A stretch of DNA of 64,000 nucleotides from Candidatus Rokuibacteriota bacterium (lineage in GTDB: Bacteria; Methylomirabilota; Methylomirabilia; Rokubacteriales; CSP1-6): NCBI GenBank assembly GCA_003220615.1, contig QHTB01000151.1, positions 67,974 through 131,973 of the forward strand. Reading direction: 5' to 3'. A model generated the notes under the pieces. That model saw nothing but the letters and a program-made list of their open reading frames with translations, ran no database searches and was not told where the DNA came from. The translations under genes were made by a program, and so were the position numbers. Of the stretch, positions 1 to 8,463 are shown piece after piece (position 1 is the stretch's first letter; every line of letters starts with the position of its first letter).

Positions 1-2
1 GT

Positions 3-173
3 CTCTGGCTCACCGCTCAGCTCGTACGCGGCTTCGTCGTGTCGGGATTCTGGGCGGCGGTGTTCGGCGCTCTCATCGTCAGCGTGGTGAGCTGGCTCCT
101 GACGGCGTTCGTGAGTGACCGCGGTCACGTCCAGGTGATCACGCGTTCGGACGCGCGAAGGTTGCCACGCTAA
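3..173 (+). CDS. small membrane protein, C-terminal fragment (DUF360 / phage-holin-4-like); 5' end lies outside the window
   Basis: Frame +3 is open from the window edge to TAA 171-173. The translation ...LVRGFVVSGFWAAVFGALIVSVVSWLLTAFVSDRGHVQVI... is a hydrophobic helix typical of that family. It is absent from the ORF track because no start codon lies in the window. Confidence 0.4.
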   Translation, partial: LWLTAQLVRGFVVSGFWAAVFGALIVSVVSWLLTAFVSDRGHVQVITRSDARRLPR

Positions 174-211
174 CCAGGTCGCTGGCACCCTGGTTGCTCC
201 ATTCCGCGTCC

Positions 212-820
212 ATGAACACTCTGCGCGCCCTCACTCTGACCGCCATCCTCGCCCTTGTCACCGCCGGGACCGCCGTAGCCGGCGAGCCCACCGATCAGGT
301 CCGACGCAGCGTGGACGAAGTGCTCAAGATCGTGCAGAGCCAACCCGATGGGCCCGCGCGACGGACAGCGGTCCGCCAGGCGGCCAACCGTCTCTTCGAC
401 TTCGAGGAGACGGCCAAGCGCGCGCTGGGGCCGCACTGGCAGCAACATACGCCGACCGAGCGCGAGAAGTTCGTCAGGCTCTTCAGCGATCTCCTCGAGG
501 CGGCGTATGTCGGCAAGATCGACCTCTACCAGGGTGAGAAGATCACGTACGTGGGCGAGACCGTGGACGGCGACCAGGCCACGGTGAAGACGCGCATCGT
601 CACCAAGCAAGGTAACGAGGTGCCGGTGGACTACCGGTTGCTGCGCGAGATGGACGGCTGGCGCGTCTACGACGTCATCATCGAAGGTGTGAGCCTGGTC
701 GCCAACTACCGCACGCAGTTCAACAAGATCATCCAGACCTCCTCGTACGACGATCTCGTCAAGCGGATGCGGGCCAAGGACTTCTCGGCGCCCGAAGGGA
801 ATCGCGGCCGCCGCAGCTGA
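212..820 (+). CDS. mlaC: MlaC/Ttg2D-family phospholipid-binding periplasmic protein
   Basis: ORF 194..820 (TTG at 194, ATG at 212). The ATG gives the signal peptide MNTLRALTLTAILALVTAGTAVAG. The body (LFDFEETAKRALGPHW...EREKFVRLFSDLLEAAYVGKI...WRVYDVIIEGVSLVANYRTQF) is the toluene-tolerance Ttg2D/MlaC pattern. Confidence 0.8.
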   Translation: MNTLRALTLTAILALVTAGTAVAGEPTDQVRRSVDEVLKIVQSQPDGPARRTAVRQAANRLFDFEETAKRALGPHWQQHTPTEREKFVRLFSDLLEAAYVGKIDLYQGEKITYVGETVDGDQATVKTRIVTKQGNEVPVDYRLLREMDGWRVYDVIIEGVSLVANYRTQFNKIIQTSSYDDLVKRMRAKDFSAPEGNRGRRS

Positions 821-879
821 GTCGCGCGCCATCGCTCACGTGCTCCGGCGCTCCGTCGTGAACCCTCGACGACGTGGAA

Positions 880-917
880 TTGACGCGGTCGAGCGGCAGT
901 GGTATTTGTCTAGACAA
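880..917 (+). promoter_or_regulatory. putative sigma70-like promoter (TTGACG-17nt-TATTTG) overlapped by a perfect 12-bp palindrome TTGTCTAGACAA (906-917), a probable GntR/HutC-type operator
   Basis: The palindrome was read directly. GTCTAGAC-type cores are the classical HutC-subfamily operator. It sits 21 nt upstream of the GntR GTG start, with GGAGG at 927-931. Confidence 0.55.
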
Positions 918-937
918 TTTTCAGCCGGAGGCCACCC

Positions 938-1666
938 GTGGAATATCGTCCAGGCGTGCCCCGCTATCTTCAGATCGCCGACGCTCTCCGTCGCGATCTC
1001 CGCGGTGAAGGAGAGCGGATCCCTTCCGAGCACCAGCTCTGCGCCACCTACCAGGTGAGCCGCCCGACGATCCGACAGGCTCTCGACGTCCTCGTGCAGG
1101 AGGGGTTGCTCTACCGCCACGCCGGCCGGGGCACGTTCTCGACCCCGACGCCGGGCGGGGGGGACCGCAAGCTGCGTGTGATCGGATCGGTCGGCGACAT
1201 GGTGGCGATGGGCGAAGAGACCTGGTTCAAGCTGCTGAGCCGCGAGGTCGTCCCCGTTCCGGCCAACATCGCGCAAGCCCTGAGGCTCCCGCCAGGGTCC
1301 ACGGCGTTTCGCGTCGTTGGCGTCCGTCACGCCGACAACGGCCCGTTCCAGCACGTGACGGCGTACGTCCCCGAAGCGATCGGTCGTGCCTTGAGCGATG
1401 AGGACCTCTCGAAGACGTCGATGATCGGCGCCATCGAGCGCCACTTCGCCACCTCGATCAAGTTCATGGAGCAGGTCACGGAGGCGACGCTGGCGCCGCG
1501 CCACGTGGCCGAGTTGCTCCAGATCCGGCCGCGCACACCGCTGTTGCTCTTCGAGCGCACCTACTTCGCGTTGAGCGGTGAGCCCGTCGAGCACGCCCAG
1601 ACCTATCAGACCAGCCGGCGTTACCCCTATCGCATGGTGCTGTCCCGGGCGGAACGCCGGAGCTGA
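938..1666 (+). CDS. GntR-family transcriptional regulator, HutC subfamily (wHTH plus UTRA effector domain)
   Basis: The N-terminus YLQIADALRRDLRGEGERIPSEHQLCATYQVSRPTIRQALDVLVQEGLLYRHAGRGTF is the GntR wHTH signature. The roughly 150-aa C-terminal part is UTRA-like. Confidence 0.85.
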   Translation: MEYRPGVPRYLQIADALRRDLRGEGERIPSEHQLCATYQVSRPTIRQALDVLVQEGLLYRHAGRGTFSTPTPGGGDRKLRVIGSVGDMVAMGEETWFKLLSREVVPVPANIAQALRLPPGSTAFRVVGVRHADNGPFQHVTAYVPEAIGRALSDEDLSKTSMIGAIERHFATSIKFMEQVTEATLAPRHVAELLQIRPRTPLLLFERTYFALSGEPVEHAQTYQTSRRYPYRMVLSRAERRS

Positions 1667-1672
1667 GGGCGG

Positions 1673-3763
1673 ATGCCGTACCGGGTTGGATTCGACGTCG
1701 GCGGTACGTTCACCGACTTCGTGCTCCAGTCACCGACCGGCGAGCTGGCGACCGCCAAGCGGCTGACGACGTATCCCGATCCTTCCGCTGCCTGCCTGGC
1801 CGGCCTCGACCAGCTGATGGCCGCCGTCGGGTGGGACGAAGTCGCCCAGGTCGTTCACGGCACTACGCTCGGCTCCAACATCGTCATCGAGCGCAAGGCC
1901 CGCGGCGTGGGATTGCTCACCACGCGCGGCTTCCGTGACGTGCTCATCATCGGACGCGAGAAACGCTATCAGGTCTACGACCTCCAGATCGAGAAGCCGG
2001 CGCCGTTGATTCCGCGCCGGCTCATCGGCGAGGTGACCGAGCGCGTCCTGGCCGACGGGTCCGTCCGCACCCCGCTCGATGAGGACGACGCGCGGCGCGC
2101 CGTCCGCGAGCTGGCCGCGCGCGGCGTGAGCACGCTGGCTGTCTGTTTCTTGCACGCCTACCGCAATCCCGTTCACGAAAAGCGGGTGGCCGAGCTGGCG
2201 GCCGACGAGGCGCCCGGGATGCAGGTGACGCTCTCCCACGAAGTCTCGCCGACGTTTCGCGAGTACGAGCGCACCTCGACGACCGTGGTGAACGCGTACG
2301 TGATGACCGCGCTGCGCGAGTACCTGCGGGGGCTCGGCGCGGCGCTGAAGGAGCGCGGGTATCGAGGGCGGCTGTTCGTCATGCAGTCGTCGGGGGGTAT
2401 CGCGACCGCCGAGGCCATGGAGCGCTATCCCGTGCGCATGATCGAGTCGGGGCCAGCGGCCGGCGCGTTGATGGCCGCCGCCTACGGCGAGCTCACCGGT
2501 CATCGCGACCTCATCGCGTTCGACATGGGTGGCACGACGGCCAAGCTGGCCCTCGTCGAGAACGGGCGACCCGGAACGACGACCGCCTTCGAGCTCCATC
2601 GCGTGAACAACGCGCCGGGCAGCGGGTTGCCGATGAACATCCAGGCGATCGATCTGGTCGAGATCGGCGCAGGCGGGGGCTCGATCGCTCGCGCCAGTCT
2701 CGGGGTCATCGCGGTCGGCCCCGAGAGCGCGTCCTCCATGCCCGGCCCGGTCTGCTACGGCCGTGGCGGCCTCGAGCCGACGGTGACCGACGCCAACCTC
2801 GCCCTCGGCTATCTCAATGCCGACTATTTTGCCGGCGGCACGATGACGCTCGACGGCGTCGGCGCCGCGCGCGCCATCACCGACCGCGTCGCGCGTCCGC
2901 TGGGCCTGTCGCTCGAAGAGGCGGCCTGGGGCATTCACCAGATCGTGACCACGAACATGGAGCTGGCCACGCGCGTGGTCTCGATCGAGCGCGGACGCGA
3001 TCCGCGGGCGCTCACGCTCGTCGCCTTCGGCGGCTCCGGCCCCGTGCACGGCTGCCGTCTGGCCCAGGCGCTCGGCATCCCACGGGTGATCTTGCCCGCG
3101 GCCGCCGGCGTCACCGCCGCCATCGGTCTGCTCGCCGCCGAGGTCCGCTTCGACGTCGCGCGAACCTACGTCCGCCGCGTCGACGCCGTCGACGTCGCGT
3201 TCGTGAGCGCCATGTACGACGACATGACACGACAGGCCGCCGAGGTCGTGCGCGAGTCCGTCGTAGAAGGTGACGTCGTCATCGCGCGCTCGGCCGACGC
3301 CCGTTACGTGGGGCAGGGCTACGAGCTGACGGTGCCGGTGCCGGCGGGCGCGCTCGACGCCGCAGCGCTCGCCGACGTGCGGCGGTCGTTCGACGAGATC
3401 TATGCCGCGCGGTACGGCTACGCGAATCCGTCCGAGCCCATCGAGATCGTGACGTGGAAACTGTCGGCCACGGGCCAGACGAGCCCCGTTCGGCTTCGCC
3501 GTGCCTCGGAAACCGGGCGAGCCCGGCACACCGGCGAGGAAGCCGGAGAGTCGAGCGCACGGAAACCGGGCCGCCGAGCGTGGTTTCCCGAGACCGACGG
3601 CTGGATCGACACGCCCGTATACGATCGCTATCGGCTCGCGCCCGGCCATTGCCTCCGCGGCCCGGCCATCGTGGAGGAGCGGGAGTCCACGACGGTGTTG
3701 CCCCCGGGCGTGACGGCGACGGTGGATGACTACGCCAGCCTCATCGTGAGTGTGAGACCGTGA
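1673..3763 (+). CDS. hyuA: hydantoinase A / oxoprolinase family protein (HyuA-like, ATP-dependent)
   Basis: 696 aa. MPYRVGFDVGGTFTDFV... start, then ...AFDMGGTTAKLALVENG... (actin-fold ATPase motifs of Hydantoinase_A). The stop overlaps the next start (GTGA). Confidence 0.9.
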   Translation: MPYRVGFDVGGTFTDFVLQSPTGELATAKRLTTYPDPSAACLAGLDQLMAAVGWDEVAQVVHGTTLGSNIVIERKARGVGLLTTRGFRDVLIIGREKRYQVYDLQIEKPAPLIPRRLIGEVTERVLADGSVRTPLDEDDARRAVRELAARGVSTLAVCFLHAYRNPVHEKRVAELAADEAPGMQVTLSHEVSPTFREYERTSTTVVNAYVMTALREYLRGLGAALKERGYRGRLFVMQSSGGIATAEAMERYPVRMIESGPAAGALMAAAYGELTGHRDLIAFDMGGTTAKLALVENGRPGTTTAFELHRVNNAPGSGLPMNIQAIDLVEIGAGGGSIARASLGVIAVGPESASSMPGPVCYGRGGLEPTVTDANLALGYLNADYFAGGTMTLDGVGAARAITDRVARPLGLSLEEAAWGIHQIVTTNMELATRVVSIERGRDPRALTLVAFGGSGPVHGCRLAQALGIPRVILPAAAGVTAAIGLLAAEVRFDVARTYVRRVDAVDVAFVSAMYDDMTRQAAEVVRESVVEGDVVIARSADARYVGQGYELTVPVPAGALDAAALADVRRSFDEIYAARYGYANPSEPIEIVTWKLSATGQTSPVRLRRASETGRARHTGEEAGESSARKPGRRAWFPETDGWIDTPVYDRYRLAPGHCLRGPAIVEERESTTVLPPGVTATVDDYASLIVSVRP

Positions 3764-5434
3764 GCGCGCCTGATCCCATCACGCTCGGCGTCATCTGGGG
3801 CGCGCTCCAGTCGATCGCCGTCGAGATCGGCACCACCGTTCACAAGACGGCCTATTCCGAGCAGGCGCGCGAGGGCCAGGACTTCTCGGTGGCGGTGTTC
3901 GATCCGGCGGGGCGCATGGTGGCTCAGGGCCCGTACTCGCCCGGTCACATGGGCGCCATGTCGTTCGCGGTGAAGAATGCGCTGGCCGCGCACCCGGTGG
4001 AGAGCCTGCGCCCCGGTGACGCGATCCTGCTCAACGATCCGCTGCTCGGGTCAGGTCACTTCCCGGATTTCTTCATCACGCAGCCGGCCTTTCACGACGG
4101 CGCGTTGATCGGCTTCGCCGTCAACATCCTGCATCACACCGACGTCGGCGGCCAGCGTCCGGGCAGTCAGGGTGTCGTCGGGATCTTCGATTACTTCCAG
4201 GAAGGACTGCGCATCCCACCCACCAAGGTCTGGCGCGAGTACGAGGAGGACGAGGCGGTCGTCGGTATCATCGCCGCCAACACGCGCACGCCCGACAAGG
4301 TACTGGGCGACCTGAGGGCTCAGCGAAGCGCCCTGCGCGTCGGCGAGCTGCGGCTCGTCGAGCTGGTCGAGCGCTACGGTCGAGACGTCGTCGGCGCGGC
4401 CATGGACGAGATCATCGCGCGCACCGAGGCGAGCATGCGAGCGGCGATCCGTGAGATCCCCGACGGCGTGTACCGCTTCGAGGACTTCCTGGACGACTTC
4501 GACCATCGATTACGCCGGGTCGAGCCCGCAGACGGCCTCGGGGATGAACTCGTACATCAACTACACGCGCTCGTACTCGTATGCCGCCGTCAAGTGTCTC
4601 GCCGATCCCTTCGGCCCGATGAACGAAGGCGCGCTCAGGCCGATCACCGTGAGCGCGCCCGAGGGCTCGTTCCTCAACCCGCGGCCACCGGCGGGCGGTG
4701 GTCCGCGAGCGATCATCTGTTACCGGACGTTCGAGGCGGTGCTGGGGGCGCTGGCGCCTGCGCTTCCCGAGCGCGTGGCGGCCGCCTCGTCGCACTTCGC
4801 CAACCCGACGTTCGGCGGCCTGGACCGCGCGCGAAATCGAAGCTTCGTCGCCTACGAGCTGGTGCTGTCGGGCACGGGCGGTCGCGCGACGAAGGACGGC
4901 TGCGAGGCCATGTCGTCGGCGTTCAATGCGTCGAACATTCCGGTCGAGGCGCAGGAGGCCAATCAGCCGATCGTCGTGGAACGCTTCGAGCTGATCCGCG
5001 ACTCCGCCGGACCGGGGACGTTTCGGGGCGGCTGTGGGATCCGGCGGGACATGCGCTTCCTGGCCGACGACGGCAAGCTGACCAACCTGTCGGAGCGGCA
5101 GAAGTTCCCGCCCTACGGACTCTTCGGCGGCAAGCCGGGCATCCTCGCCCGGACGCTGATCAATCCGGGTCCCGGGGAGCAGATCGTTCATAGCAAAGAG
5201 TCGAGGGAGTTCGCCTACGGCGACGTCATCTCGTTCCAGCAGTCAGGCGCCGGCGGCTATGGCGATCCGCTCGCCCGGGATCCGGCCCGCGTGCTGGACG
5301 ACGTGCTGGACGATTTCATCGGGATCGATGCGGCCCGGAGCGACTACGGCGTCGTCATCACCGGCCCGGGGATCGACCTGCAGGTCGACGAGACCGCCAC
5401 TGAACGCCTGCGTCAGGCGATGAAGACGCGATGA
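3760..5434 (+). pseudogene. hyuB: hydantoinase B / oxoprolinase family gene (HyuB-like) with an internal frame disruption near 4497-4500
   Basis: The family sequence runs in frame 3760 up to ...GVYRFEDFLDD. It resumes in the frame of ORF 4451..5434 at nt 4499 (STIDYAGSSPQTASGMNSY...) and continues to the stop at 5434. About 20 residues expected between the two pieces are missing. Confidence 0.7.
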
Positions 5435-6591
5435 TCCGGTTCACGGCCGAGCAGGAAGAGTTCAGGAAGACGGTCGCGCGCTTCGTGGACGCCGAGGTGG
5501 TGCCGGTCGCCGACGCCCTCGACGAGCGTGCGGAGTTTCCCGCGGGGCTCTTCAAGCGGATCGGCGAGCTCGGGTACTTCGGCCTGCGCTACCCCGAGAA
5601 GTACGGCGGGGCGGCGAGCGACATGGTGACGTACTGCCTCTTCGCCGAAGAGCTCGCCCGCGGCTCGATGTCGGTGGCGGCGGCCGCGGCCATGCAGTCC
5701 CTCATGGGGACGTACTTCATCTACAAGTACGGCGGCGAGCGCCTGCACGAGCGTTACCTGGCGCCCGCGCTGCGCGGTGATCTCGTGGCGACGTTCGCGC
5801 TGACGGAGCCCAATGCCGGTTCGGACGTCGCCAACATCACGACACGCGCCGAGCGGCATGGTGACGGCTGGGTGTTGCGGGGCGCCAAGACGTGGGTCAC
5901 CAACGCGCCCGTGGCCGACGTCCTCACCGTCGCGGCCAAGACGTCGCCCGAGCGCGGAATGAAGAACATCGCGCTCTTCCTGCTCGACCGCACGACGATG
6001 CGTGGCATCACGCTCGGCAAGAAGATCGAGAAGATGGCGGTGCGGGCGTCGGAGACGGGCGAGATCCTCCTCGACGGCGTCGAGGTACCGGCCGAGCACC
6101 TGCTCGGCGGCGAGACGGGCGGCGTCGAGAAAGTGGGCACGATCCTCTCCGAGATCCGCGTGATGACGGCGGCGCTCGCCGTGGGCCTGGCGCGCGCCGC
6201 CTACGACGCGGCGCTGGGGTACGGCCGCGAGCGCCAGGCGTTCGGCAAACCCATCGTCGAGCACCAGGCCATCGCCTTCAAGCTGGCCGACATGCTGACG
6301 TCGCTTCACGCGGCCACGCTCATGACGTATCAGGCGGCCGCCGGCCTCGACGCCGGCCGCGCGATCACACGCGAGGCGGCGATGACGAAGCTCTTCGCCT
6401 CCGAGATGGCGGTCAAGGTGACGGACGAAGCGGCGCGCATCTTCGCCTCGTACGGCCTGGCCATGGAGTATCCGGTCCAGCGGTACTTCCGCGATGCGCG
6501 CTTCTTGCTGCCCGGCGGCGGCACCTCGGAGATCCTTCGCCTCGTCATCGGGCGCGAGCTCGACTATCGCCGCGGCGAGGTGTTGTCATGA
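5431..6591 (+). CDS. acyl-CoA dehydrogenase
   Basis: 386 aa. ...FALTEPNAGSDVANITTRAE..GDGWVLRGAKTWVTNAP... and the C-terminal ...YPVQRYFRDARFLLPGGGTSEI... are ACAD hallmarks. ATGA overlap with hyuB. Confidence 0.9.
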   Translation: MIRFTAEQEEFRKTVARFVDAEVVPVADALDERAEFPAGLFKRIGELGYFGLRYPEKYGGAASDMVTYCLFAEELARGSMSVAAAAAMQSLMGTYFIYKYGGERLHERYLAPALRGDLVATFALTEPNAGSDVANITTRAERHGDGWVLRGAKTWVTNAPVADVLTVAAKTSPERGMKNIALFLLDRTTMRGITLGKKIEKMAVRASETGEILLDGVEVPAEHLLGGETGGVEKVGTILSEIRVMTAALAVGLARAAYDAALGYGRERQAFGKPIVEHQAIAFKLADMLTSLHAATLMTYQAAAGLDAGRAITREAAMTKLFASEMAVKVTDEAARIFASYGLAMEYPVQRYFRDARFLLPGGGTSEILRLVIGRELDYRRGEVLS

Positions 6592-6601
6592 GGCGCGTCG
6601 G

Positions 6602-7165
6602 ATGAGCGAGTCGTCCGCCATCCTGGCCGCGATGTACGAGGGCAATACCGACGCCCTGGCGGCGCTGCTCGCCGCGCGTCCCGAGCTCGACGTCTTCGAG
6701 GCGGCGGCGGTCGGCGACGCCGCCCGCATCCGCCAGCTCGTGAGGGCGCGGCCCCCGCTCGTCGAGGCGGTGAGTGGAGATGGCTGGACTGCGTTGCACC
6801 TGGCCGCCTACTTCGGCCAGGGCGAGGCGGTGGAGCGCCTGCTCGCCGCGGGAGCGGACCCGCGCGCGCCCTCTCGCAACCGTCTTGCGAACACTCCGCT
6901 GCACGCGGCGCTGGCCGGGCGAGCGAACGTGAGGATCATCACCGCGCTGCTCGCGCGGGGCGCCGACGTCGAGATCCCGGCGTCCGGCGGCTATCGGCCA
7001 CTGCACCTCGCCGCCGCCCGCGGCGACGTCGCCATCATCGAGATGCTGCTGGTCCGGGGCGCGCGGGCCGGAGTGCGCGCCGAGGACGGTCGCACGCCGC
7101 TGGCAATCGCGGAGGAGCACGGGCACACGACGGCGGCGCGACGCCTCCGAGGAGAGATGCCATGA
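6602..7165 (+). CDS. ankyrin-repeat protein (about 4 ANK repeats)
   Basis: In-frame ATG at 6602 within ORF 6494..7165. Repeats DGWTALHLAAYFGQGEAVERLLAAGADP, NTPLHAALAG..IITALLARGADV, GYRPLHLAAARGDVAIIEMLLVRGA and GRTPLAIAEEHGH. The stop overlaps the thiolase ATG (ATGA). Confidence 0.8.
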   Translation: MSESSAILAAMYEGNTDALAALLAARPELDVFEAAAVGDAARIRQLVRARPPLVEAVSGDGWTALHLAAYFGQGEAVERLLAAGADPRAPSRNRLANTPLHAALAGRANVRIITALLARGADVEIPASGGYRPLHLAAARGDVAIIEMLLVRGARAGVRAEDGRTPLAIAEEHGHTTAARRLRGEMP

Positions 7166-8328
7166 GGAAGGTCGCCCTGGTCGGCGCGGGAGTGTCGAAG
7201 TTCGGGGTCCGCAAGGCGGGCTATCGCGACCTGATCTGGGAAGCGGGCAAGGCGTGCTTCGATTCCGTGCCCGGCGTCAGCCCGAAGGACGTCGAAGGCC
7301 TGGTGGTGGGCTCCGTCATGCCCGAGCGCACGGCGTTCCAGAGCCACATCTCGTCGCTGGCCGCCGAGGCGCTGGGCATCAAGCCGTCGGCGCTGTCGGC
7401 TCGCACCGAGCACATGTGCGCGTCGGGGACGGTCGGCATCCGCTACGCGTACGCGTTCATCGCGGCCGGGCTCGCCGACCTGGTGATGGTGCTCGGCGTC
7501 GAGAAGCTGAATCAGCCCGAAGGCGCCGAAGCCATCCTCAACATGGGCGCCGGCGTGGATCGTGAATGGGAAGCCGCGTTCGGCCTCACGGCGCCGCCGT
7601 GCTTCGCGCTGGCCGCCCAGCGCCACATGGCGGAATATGGCACGACCGAGGAACAGCTCGGCCTCGTCGGCGTCAAGAACCACAATCACGCGGCCAGGAA
7701 CCCCAACGCCCACTTCGGCAAGGGCGCCACGCTCGATCAGGTGCTCTGCTCGCGGATGATCTCGAGCCCGCTGCGCCTGTTCATGTGCTCGCCGATCACC
7801 GATGGTGCCGCCGCCGTGATCCTGGCCAGCGAGGAACGGGCACGCACGATCACCGACAAGCCGGTCTTCATTCGTGGCACGGGGCAGGCGCTCGACGGTT
7901 TCCAGCTCACCTCGCTCCACGAGGATTACGCTCACTGGCCCGCGCTCAAGCGCGCGGCTGAATCGGCCTACCGGATGGCCGGGGTCGGGGCCAGCGATAT
8001 CGACGTCGCCGAGGTCCACGACTGCTTCTCCATCGCCGAGCTGATCGCCTACGAGGAGCTGGGCTTCTGCAAGAAGGGCGAGGCCGGAGCGTTCGTGGCG
8101 GCCGGACGCAGCGATTACGGTGGCGACGTCGTGGTCAATCCGCGAGGCGGCCTCATCGGCTGCGGGCACCCGCTCGGCGCCACCGGCGTCGCCCAGGCCG
8201 CGGAGATCTTCGCTCAGCTTCGCGACGAGGCTGGCCCCCGTCAGGTTCCCGGCGCCGCCGTCGCCCTCAGCCACAACAACAGCGGAATGGGGGAGCACGT
8301 CGTGATGATCTATGGGCGCGATGCGTAG
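7162..8328 (+). CDS. thiolase-domain protein (SCP-x / DUF35-partnered type acetyl-CoA acetyltransferase-like)
   Basis: 388 aa. MRKVALVGAGVSKFG..., catalytic Cys context EHMCASGT, and C-terminal ...NPRGGLIGCGHPLGATGV...SHNNSGMGEH. A DUF35 OB-fold partner lies two genes downstream. Confidence 0.85.
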   Translation: MRKVALVGAGVSKFGVRKAGYRDLIWEAGKACFDSVPGVSPKDVEGLVVGSVMPERTAFQSHISSLAAEALGIKPSALSARTEHMCASGTVGIRYAYAFIAAGLADLVMVLGVEKLNQPEGAEAILNMGAGVDREWEAAFGLTAPPCFALAAQRHMAEYGTTEEQLGLVGVKNHNHAARNPNAHFGKGATLDQVLCSRMISSPLRLFMCSPITDGAAAVILASEERARTITDKPVFIRGTGQALDGFQLTSLHEDYAHWPALKRAAESAYRMAGVGASDIDVAEVHDCFSIAELIAYEELGFCKKGEAGAFVAAGRSDYGGDVVVNPRGGLIGCGHPLGATGVAQAAEIFAQLRDEAGPRQVPGAAVALSHNNSGMGEHVVMIYGRDA

Positions 8329-8419
8329 GATGGGCGCGATGCGTAGGATGGGCGCGATGCGTAGGATGGGCACGATGCGTAGGATGGACGCGATGCCTAG
8401 GATGGGCGCGATGCCTCGG
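8312..8419. repeat. tandem repeat, 6 copies of an 18-bp unit ATGGGCGCGATGCGTAGG (copies 4-6 degenerate)
   Basis: Read directly. It begins inside the last 6 codons of the thiolase gene and includes its TAG stop. Copies 1-5 each carry TAG in the thiolase frame. Confidence 0.95.
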
Positions 8420-8463
8420 ATCGCGCCGATCGAGCGCCGGCGTTGCCGCACGATGGTCTCTCG

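Noticed and set aside
4495-4506. The hexamer CGACCA occurs at both deletion junctions (hyuB TTCGACCATCG; E2 TACGACCAAAC, and again 9 nt later), hinting at a common site-specific or microhomology mechanism.
   Set aside because: A 6-mer match in GC-rich DNA near two arbitrarily delimited junctions is within chance expectation. The true deletion end-points cannot be defined without the undeleted sequence.
8312-8419. Could the 18-bp repeat block be a CRISPR array?
   Set aside because: The units are directly adjacent with no spacers, the unit is only 18 bp, and no cas genes are present. It is a simple tandem repeat.
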